Below are positions 54,984 through 64,000 of a DNA stretch of 64,000 nt, one piece after another. This stretch comes from Azolla caroliniana (taxonomy: Eukaryota; Plantae; Polypodiophyta). Position numbers and translations under genes: made by a program. Each line of letters starts with the position of its first letter. Positions within the stretch are counted from its first letter, which is position 1. Below the pieces are notes generated by a model. The model ran no database searches. It was given only the letters and a program-made list of their open reading frames with translations, and was not told where the DNA came from. Location of the stretch: NCBI GenBank assembly GCA_043228905.1, contig JBHGNT010000001.1, positions 7,068,001 to 7,132,000 on the forward strand, written 5' to 3'.

Positions 54984-56236
54984 CTCATTACCCACAAAAT
55001 AAGAAAATGACCCCAGACACACACACAAACAGGCCTATGTCAAAAAGGATAATAACTAAATTAGTTGCAGGTTCACTCTTCTTCCCCAAAACCCTGTTTT
55101 TTTTTTTTAAAAGAAAAGAAAAAAAGAAGCATAAAAGTCCCTCTGGTCTACAAATGGATCGATTAAACCTAGAAAATCTTCACGTCACCATTTGTTATGA
55201 CCAGTAGTGTTTTGAAAACAGAAATGTGACACTTTCTGTGAGATTCAAAACTTCGAAAAACTTGTCGGGGAAGTTAGTCGTAACGTGGGAAGCAAGAACA
55301 GAGAGATCCCGTCGGGAGCCAAGTAAAACGCTACATTGAGAATCAGATCAGATCGTTACAATTGGGGCATCAAGAGAATTCATTGACTTCCTCTTCCCAT
55401 TGATTCATCAGCATGCTCTTCATGGAGGGAGGCTGAGGAAAGAAGGCCAAGTTACTACCTTATGAAGTCAAACATTGTTGGCCATGGTGAAAGAATCAAC
55501 GGTTTGGCTACGTCAACATTAGCAGCACAGTCTCGTGGGATTGCCTGCCTTTCTACCTTATTTCTTCAAGTGGCGACCGGTTCACCAATTCCATACTAAA
55601 AGAAAGCCCAAATGGAAAGAACTAGCGGTGGTCCGGTCCATCCATTATACGTAACTTGGAGGAATTGTCAAAAACAAACAGTATATAATTCATGTTCATT
55701 CCATTATTCATCATGACCACTACCATCACATTCAGGAATCAGGAACACCCCCCAATTGATTCATTCATACTACTACTACTACTACTTACACATAAAATTC
55801 CATTCATTGATCGACAGGAACTAATTAATCTCTCCTTCCGAAACTAAATTATGTTTGCATATTTGTACGCGAATGGATCATGCAATTGTATCCTCCCCTG
55901 CCTGTACGATATCAGTTGGGAATTGCTAACATCAAAAAATCTGTCACCGTTGAATATGAATAGATAATCGATATTGTTCTCCCTCCCTCCCTCCCTCCCT
56001 CCCTCCCTCAACGGATCGATCGATTAGTTTCGAAATCGATCAGTTTTGTTGTACGTACACCTACCAGAATGCAGTCAGAAGGAAATTTACTGTTCAGGCG
56101 TACCTAGATAGATCGGCTAATGAATTCTCAGACAGTCAAGAATCGCCCTTTCTGGGAATATATATATATATATATATATATCTGACAATCGAATCTTGGG
56201 CGTCCCCTTAAATCAACTTACCAATGTGCATCAGAT

Positions 56237-56419
56237 ATGAGTTTGATGAATAAGAAGAATCAATCTGTTTCACACAAACACAGAGTCTCACCCAAAAAAA
56301 GAAGCCAAACAGAAAAGTTCAATTCATGACTTTGACGAATAAGAAGAATCAATCTGTTTCACACAAACACAGAGTCTCACCCAAAAAAAAGAAGCCAAAC
56401 AGAAAAGTTCAATTCATGA
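56237..56419. repeat. Near-perfect tandem duplication, ~89-bp unit, two copies, upstream of ACA copy 2
   Basis: TTTGA(T/C)GAATAAGAAGAATCAATCTGTTTCACACAAACACAGAGTCTCACCCA(7/8)GAAGCCAAACAGAAAAGTTCAATTCATGA occurs twice. Confidence 0.92.
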
Positions 56420-57439
56420 ATCCATTCATATGCTGTATCGATTTCTTTTGGTGATGCCATATATAAATATTCAAACAATTGAACACATAAATCTAAAAGC
56501 ACAAAAAATAGAGAGAAAAAAAGGAAAAAATACAAAAAAAACTTTATATATGTATGTTATGGGGCATCTTTTTTCTGATTATATTCATCCCATATGTACT
56601 TAAGGGCTGTACCTGTCTGTGCGTAAATCTAAGCCAACTGTAAGCTGGTTGCACAGAGGAGGACAAAGCGTACCGATTGTCCGTACTCCGAACCCCAATT
56701 TATGTGTATGTAGCATGGGTTGACTGTTAAATTGGCTGCTTCCCCATCGTCAACTGTATGAGAAATATTCCTGGAATATCCCCTAAAACAGAATTAAAGA
56801 GGATATTCCACATATTAATGAATTTCTAATGAGCATTAAGACGAAATGATTATTAATCGTCTCCCTCCCGGCAAAAAGATAGATGCCGTAACAGGCTTTG
56901 TACAACCAGTCTGAGCAAAATAGGTGAGGGGATGGTGAGAGTAATCGCAGGCCTCCTCCAACATCAGTCGAAAAATCTCTGTTGCCAAAATTTGAGGTAA
57001 TATTGACCCCAAAACTGGTCATAATATGCTTCCGATTGCATAACGCCATTGACAGAGGGGGTTTCCTTTGCAAGGCAAAGCAGCAGGAAAAACAAAATAA
57101 TAATAATATTCAATCCATTGACAGTCTTCTCTTCTTCTTCTTTTCCAATTTTGCAATTACCATATGTATGTATGTATGGTGTTCATGCGATGATGATCCA
57201 GAAGAGACTGTCATTTTAAAGATTTACCATTCGAAAGACTGGATCTCCATGATTTGTTTATTCCCTACCATCGATTAATCCGGCAGATGCCTTACAGACA
57301 CCCCGCCCCCCCCGAAAGAAAAGAAAAAAAAAAACAATTCACAAAAAATAAAATGAAGCGAAGCTTCGTCTAGGGGGGTTTGACTCTCTGATTCTGGATC
57401 ATTTCTTCTTTCCCAGAACCTTCCTTGAATTATATATAG

Positions 57440-57475
<36 letters not shown>

Positions 57476-58189
57476 GTAAAACTGGTCTCAATGACCTGTG
57501 CAGAAATCTAAATATGTCCAAAACAGAGAAGCTTCCTGGCTATGGATTTAGCATATAAACTGTGGAAAGTGTAGTATAGACATATCACCATAAATGCTAT
57601 ATCAATTATTGTAAATTCACATTTCCTCCTCGTTGACAATCTTTGAGAAGCTCACAACGAAAGAGGGAGGTTGCCTCCTTCCTTTAGCTTCTTTCATAAT
57701 ATTAATATAAAGCCTAACTAGTTGTGGCCCAAGGCCCAATCTCAAAAAGAGTTTTCGAGTTTCTTGAACGGCTACGATTATTACCCATCCTAGATCTTTG
57801 CCCATTAGTTACGGGTTTATCTAACAACAACTAGTGTGACACGATTTATCCGAACATACCTATTATACAAAGTGAAGCGCAATTGAGGGTCGATTGACAT
57901 TTACAGGTGTCAAAATGTTGTTGTTCTTGTAACGAATGACGCCATTAATGAGTCTCTTCGATTGACTATCATCTTAGGCTAAACAAAATTAACGGAAGGT
58001 TAGTCTAGTGCATGTCGTATACAGTGTTTTCATGAATTTGGACTAGTATGAAGGTTAGTCTTGTAGCTAAGGTTCCTTGGGTCAAGTGATCATCAAGTCA
58101 AATCAAACTATCTATTACATATCGATACTTTGTTGGATCAACAACATTAGAGTTGACATATGTGTGCAACTTCAAGTTGGGGTGAAGAA

Positions 58190-60429
58190 TGTTGAGAAGC
58201 AAGCTCAACATGGTATGTGATGCTTATTGGGAAATAAGCTATAGTAGCTATTTAGCTACTTGTGAACATAAAGGAGAAATAGCTAATTAGCTATTGACAG
58301 CTATTTAGCGACTGACAGCTAATTAGCTGCATATGTAAGTAACTTATTACTTAGGTAAAAAAGTAAGAGAGTAGGTAAGTAAGAAATATACAGGAAGTAG
58401 AACTCTGAGAGAGTGTGTGAGGATAGAGAGGAAGAACTCAGAAAGTGAGAGTAGAAGAGAGAAACAGACGAGAGCAAGTAGAGCTCTGCGTGTAATGAAA
58501 TAGAAGATTTGGTTGCTACAGAGGTAAGTCTCCTTCCCCCTTCCCTTCTGTGTTTGAGCACCAAACGATCCAGCACACCACGATCCGTCGCGCACATAAG
58601 AAGAGCCCGAGTGCCTTCTTCACGTTTTCTTAACATGGTATCAGAGCGAGTTGCTCATAAAGAAGAGTATAGAAGTGCATAGATCTCAGAAAGGTATTTC
58701 TCTGTTTGCTGATCTAAATCAGAAAGTTACTTGTTGAAGTAATCGTAGCAGAAACCCTAGTTTGGAAGAGATAATGGATGCAGAGAATGCAGGCCAAATA
58801 GTTACAGAGAAACTAGATAAAAACAATTTCCCGACGTGGAAATTTAGAATGACAAATTTCCTGATGGGGAAAGGATATTGGGATTACATTGAAGGAGACC
58901 TAGAAGAGGCTCCGGAGATCCCAGAAGAAAATGCCACAACAGCACAGATTAAAGCATTCAAATATTGGAATCGAGGGGCAAGGATGGTAATGCATTGGCT
59001 CTCACTTAGCATCTCAGATTCGATGCTTGGGCACATACATGATGCTATGCTCCCAAAAGAAGCTTGGGACAGTTTGGTAAAACTGTTTGCAATAAACACA
59101 AAAGCTAGAAAGCTACAATTGAAGACTGAGCTAAATACCTTAGAAAAAGGTAAGATGTCAATAAATGAGTATGCTTTGAAAATAAAGAGCATATGTGAAG
59201 CACTTGCTTCTATCAATGTAAAGATAGAAGATGATGATAAGGTAGAAATATGCTTGAGAGGCTTAGGACCTCAATACAAAAGCTTTAAAACCTCTATGCT
59301 TACAAGGGATAGTATCCCAAGTTTTCCAGATCTGGTTTCAATGCTTGTAGTAGAAGAAAGGAATCAGGTGGATGATGTAAATAAAGGAAATCTTGAGAAT
59401 GAGGGGCAAGCCCTATATAATAGTGCTGGAAGAGGCCGAGGAAGAGGCCATGAAAGATTTGGCTCAGCAAGAACCAACAATAATGGTTATCAAGGAAGAG
59501 GACAATAAACCATTAGAGGAAGAAACAACAACAGAGGCAAGGGGAGCAACCAAGGTAGAGGTAAGCAAACATATGTAAATGATGATGGTTGTTGGTATTG
59601 TGGAAAACCAGGCCACACATAAGCTGAATGTTACAAGAAGCAAAATGATGGGCAAAGAGGAAAGAGACAGCAGAATAACTATGCCCAAACTAGTGAAGAT
59701 TGTGAAAAAGATGGTGCATTTGTGGTACAACATAAGATAACAGCAGTGACTGAAAGCTCATAGAAATGTAATGAAGAGTTTACATGGTATGTAGACTCAA
59801 GTGCATCTAACCATATGACTGGACATGCAAACTGGTTTGAAAGGTTAAGAGAACCAGAGATTCCTAGCTATGTATAGACGGGTGATAATAGTACTCACCA
59901 AATAGAACATGTTGGAGATATCCCATTGTGGGAAGAAAAAGGAAAGACTAAGTATATGTTGAATGTAATGCATGTTCCAAATCTTGCTAAGAACCTAATT
60001 TCTATTGGACAGATAGTAGAGCAAGGTATGCAAGTAAAGTTTAAGCAAAGTGGATGCTATATAGAAAAGAATGGGAAGCTCATTGCAAAAGGAAAACGAC
60101 AAGGAAGAATGTTTATTTTGGATGTTGACATGCCTAGACAGATTTCAGCTATGTTTGCAAATGGAATGATTGTAGTCTCAGATGTGGAAATGTGGCATAA
60201 AAGGATTGGCCACATAAGTATGCAAACCCTAAAGAATATGTTGAGAAAAGATGCAGTGGCTGGACTGCCAAAACTGAAAAATTGTGAAATGGGAAAGATA
60301 TGTGAAGCATGTCAGTGTGGAAAGCAAAATAGGTTGCCATTCCCTCATGAAAGACATGTAAGTAAAAATTTGTTGGATTTGGTACATACGGATGTATGGG
60401 GACCAACTAAGAATGCATGTATTGGTGGT
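58190..60429 (+). mobile_element. Ty1/Copia LTR retrotransposon, 5' part (LTR, PBS, gag, protease, start of integrase); pseudogenised and interrupted
   Basis: LTR 58190-58635 (TGTTGAGAA...TTCTTAACA). PBS TGGTATCAGAGC (initiator Met) at 58636-58647. Gag starts at ATG 58774 (KLDKNNFPTWKFRM). Also knuckle CWYCGKPGHT*AEC, protease WYVDSSASNHMTG, WHKRIGH...CEAC and integrase LDLVHTDVWGP. Several in-frame stops, for example 59506-59508. Confidence 0.93.
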
Positions 60430-63400
60430 TGTTACCGGCTGGCAAGAAGGCTTAAGGAGGTCCAAACCAGAGTGTGAAAGGAATAGTTTATTCGGGAACT
60501 GTTGTAATTAGTAGTCTTAAAATATATAGTAATATATGAGAAGATGTGGACGGATGGACTGGAATCGGTATGCCAATCCGGATCCGGACCGATCCCGAAA
60601 AGGTGCATGTTGGCACCGTTTTGTATTTCGCACCGGAGACCTATATAAAGGCCCGGTTACAATGTAATCAGGAGCGGATAATTAATAGAACTTATTGCTT
60701 TAAACTTTCAGCATTGATTACCGTTTTGTGCTTATTGTTGTATCTTGCGCGTGTTAATGATGTGTTGCTAAGTAATCGATTAAGGTCTAATTAAGCGTTG
60801 TGCCGTAAGTCATTCTAGTGAAGTGTCTTAAGTGGACACCCTGTGTTAGGCTGTTGTCCGGCCCTAGGATTAACACAATTTTTGGCGACCACAATGGGAG
60901 TGGCTTCATCCGTCCCGTAAAGAAATCTACATGGTTGAGCCCGATCGTAGTCGTATCGAAGAAGAACGGCAAAATTAGAGTTTGTGTTGACTACCGGAAG
61001 CTCAATGCGGCAACGGTAACGGATGCATTTCCACTTCCGTTTACGGATGGAGTTTTGGATGCCGTCGCCGGCCATGAAGTCTACAGTTTCTTAGACGGAT
61101 TCAGCGGGTATAATCAGATCCGGATGCACCTTGATGATCAAGAGAAAATGGCTTTCGTCACCGAATGGGGAGTGTTTGTTGTCGTGGTGATGATGTTCGG
61201 ACTGAAAACGGCACCGGCAACATTCCAACGGATCATCATGGAGATCTTTGGCGAATACATATCGGCTTTTATGCAGGTGTTCCTTGACAACTTCGCCGTC
61301 TATAGCCGAGAAGAAGATCATTTGCAGCACCTCCGACTATGTCTAGAGAAGTGTAGGGCGTACCGGTTAAGCCTGAATCCGGCGAAGTGTGTATTTGGAG
61401 TGTCCAGCGGAACGCTACTAGGGCATATTGTGAGCAAGGAAGGCATTGTCGTGGATCCGGACAAAGTAAAAGCAATCCGGGAGGCACCAACACCAAAAAC
61501 GGCAAAGGATTTGAGCCGTTTCTTAGGACAAATCCATTGGCATAGCCGAATGCTCCGGTATTTGGCGGACCTAGCTACACCATTGCATGTTGCGGTACAC
61601 CGAACACCGTTCCAGTGGATAGACATCGAAGACAAGGCGTACCGGGCACTAAAGGTATTATTGTCACAAGCACCGGTAGTGCAGCCTCCGGATTGGAGTA
61701 AGGAATTTCATGTGTTCGTGGATGCGTCCGACATTGCAATCGGGAGTGCGCTGATGCAACTTACGGAGCCAAGATGGTACCGGCCTGTATATTATGCAAG
61801 CCGGATGTTATCCCAAGCCGAACAAAATTACTCCACCACGGAAAGGGAAGCTTTAGGCATGATCTACAGGGTAACAAAATTCAGGCACTATTTATTGGGG
61901 ACAAATTTTCCTTGCATGTAGATCATTCGGCACTCCTCTACCTAGTATCCAAAGCGTCACTTACCGGTAAGTTGGCCCAATGGACTTTGCTGTTGCAGGA
62001 GTTTGAATTCGAGATATTCCACCGACCCGGCATACAGCATGCGGTAGCAGATTATTTAAGCCGGTTACATTCCGACGAAACCTGTGACAAAGTACCGGAC
62101 GAGTTTCCGAATGCTGAGCTATTTCGAGTCACTGCGGAAACGGCAACAGATGAAACGGTGGCACCAAAAGATAAGTGGCTAACGAATATACACCAATTTC
62201 TGAGCACTGGATTGCCTCCGGAGGAGATGAACCGGGACGAGAGGAAGCGCCTGGCGGTACAAAACCGGCACTTCTGTTTATTACAGGACACACTTTACCA
62301 CAAAGGTGTGGACGGTATATGGCGACGAGCAGTGCGCAACGACGAGAAAGAGGTAATACTACAGGAAGAACACTACAGAGTCACCGGAGGCCATTATGCC
62401 GGGGATGCTACGGTTAGGAAGATATGGCAAAGTGGCCTATGGTGGCCAACTACATTGAAGGACGCAGTCCGGTATGCGAAAGAGTGTGATCTATGCCAGC
62501 GAATGGGCCAGTCAACGGAACAAGCTAGGATGCCGCACCAGCCAATACTACCGCTAGAACCATTTCAGAAATGGGGACTAGATTTTGTCAGACCATTTAA
62601 ACCACCGGCAATGAGAACTGGCAACCGGTATGTGATCGTCGCGACGGATTACTACACTAAGTGGGTAGAAGCGAAAGCCTTACGAGATAACACCGCGGCG
62701 TCAACGACAAAATTCTTATACGGATGCATTTGGTGCCGGTACGAATGCCCCATAGAGTTGATAAGCGACCAAGAGGGCACTTTCTTGGACAGGTAGTGGA
62801 GAGCTTGACGTCATTCTATGCGGTAGTTCATAAACGGAGCACCCCGTACTACCCACAAGCCAACGGATTAGCGGAGTCAACAAACAAAACGTTACAGAAT
62901 ATCTTGCGCAAGATCGTCAATGAGAATCAGATAGATTGGAACACGAAGCTGCACAGTGTGCTCTAGGCTTACCGGACAACGTACAAAACAAGCATCCAAA
63001 CAACGTCGTTCCGGTTAGCATTCAGATTAGAGGCAGTCATGCCAATCGAATTCCAGGTACCAAGCTTACGGATTCAAATTAGGGAACAACTCAATGAAAA
63101 AGAATCAGAGGCAATTCGGTTAAAGGCTCTGTGTGAGCTAGAGGAACACCGACTGGCGAGCATCATGCACCTGGAATTGGAACAACGGCAATAGAAAGCG
63201 TTTGTAGATCGGCACCGGAAGGGAAACGAGAAAATGTTCGAAATTGGCAAGCCGGTACTAGTGTTCCAGACCCGGATGGGTAAAATGCCAGGCAAACTAC
63301 GGTTAAGATGGACCAGACCATACTGGATCACACACGAGTTCAATGGATCCTACCAGTTAGGGACACTTGCTGGCGAAGTGCAGGGTAAATGGGTCAACGG

Positions 63401-64000
63401 ATTTAGACTAAAGCCATACAAAGGACCTATGCCCAAGAACCCATTTGAACGAAGGACCGCCGCCGAATCAGACGCTGGCAGGCCAACCACGACAGCAACC
63501 CGTGAGGAAAAAGGCTACCACGAAGCCGATAAGGGGGAGCACGAGCCGGCAACCAGGGAAAGCATAACAACGGCAAACCGTCAAGAGGCCGGCAAGGTGC
63601 GCGATTCGGGTAAGGGTCCGACAGGACCGGAGAAAAATTAACCACACAAGTAACTTTACAAAAAAATACAAAAATACAAAATCAAATAAATCATGGAAAG
63701 GAGTGGTGGAAACGGCCATGCAAACGAGGAGTAAAGAGGCACGTCGAAAAGGTACGAGGGGCAATGCTATTATAGTACACAACCTGCACATGCGGAGGCT
63801 CGAAAAAGGCGCCAAGATCCAGAGAGAAAAACCCCCACGCATCGAGACCTTCTCCTATCGCGAACCAAGGAGAACAGACGCAAACAGATGCGTGAAGATC
63901 AATCGCCGAGAGCTCGCACACAGAGAACCCCCTCCCTCAGAACTTTCTCTCTCACACTCTCCCCACCACCAAACCTCGCCAACACTCTCCGACCTCGACG
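60430..64000 (+). mobile_element. Ty3/Gypsy (non-chromovirus) LTR retrotransposon nested in the Copia integrase: LTR, PBS and RT-RNaseH-integrase; runs off the window
   Basis: LTR 60430-60875 (TGTTA...TAACA, with TATATAAAG at ~60642). PBS TGGCGACCACAATGGGA at 60883-60899 (tRNA-Arg type). RT motifs WLSPIVVV, RVCVDYRKLN, LDGFSGYNQI and FLDN; RNase H FVDASDIAIG; integrase GGHY...CDLC, WGLDFV and YYPQANGLAE. Frameshifts at ~61905 and ~62775 and internal stops. No chromodomain visible. Confidence 0.93.

Noticed and set aside
58190-60875. The Copia LTR and the Gypsy LTR are both about 446 bp, suggesting a single element
   Set aside because: Their sequences are unrelated and each has its own different PBS. 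The equal length is coincidental.

Overview
Eukaryotic nuclear DNA from a land plant; it is AT-rich, has GT-AG introns and is rich in microsatellites and retroelements. The gene content, notably a class III sirtuin, suggests a non-flowering plant such as a fern, but that is inference. Six protein-coding genes could be reconstructed by hand: the 3' ten exons of thylakoid cyclophilin CYP37 (+), a 10-exon TDY-type group D MAP kinase (-), an 8-exon SIRT5-like sirtuin with the YxxR desuccinylase motif (-), an intronless CAF1 deadenylase (-), and two tandem intronless autoinhibited P2B Ca2+-ATPases (-). Mobile DNA includes a decayed L1-type LINE, a solo LTR, a hAT MITE with an 8-bp TSD, a 1.7-kb mini LTR element, a 5S-rRNA-derived fragment, and a Copia element interrupted by a Gypsy element whose PBS is fused directly to RT. 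The best leads are the animal-like SIRT5, the intronless ACA8-type pump pair (one with an in-frame tail behind its stop codon), and the gag/protease-less Gypsy. I see no multi-gene system that I can call new with confidence. All homology calls come from recognised motifs, not database searches.
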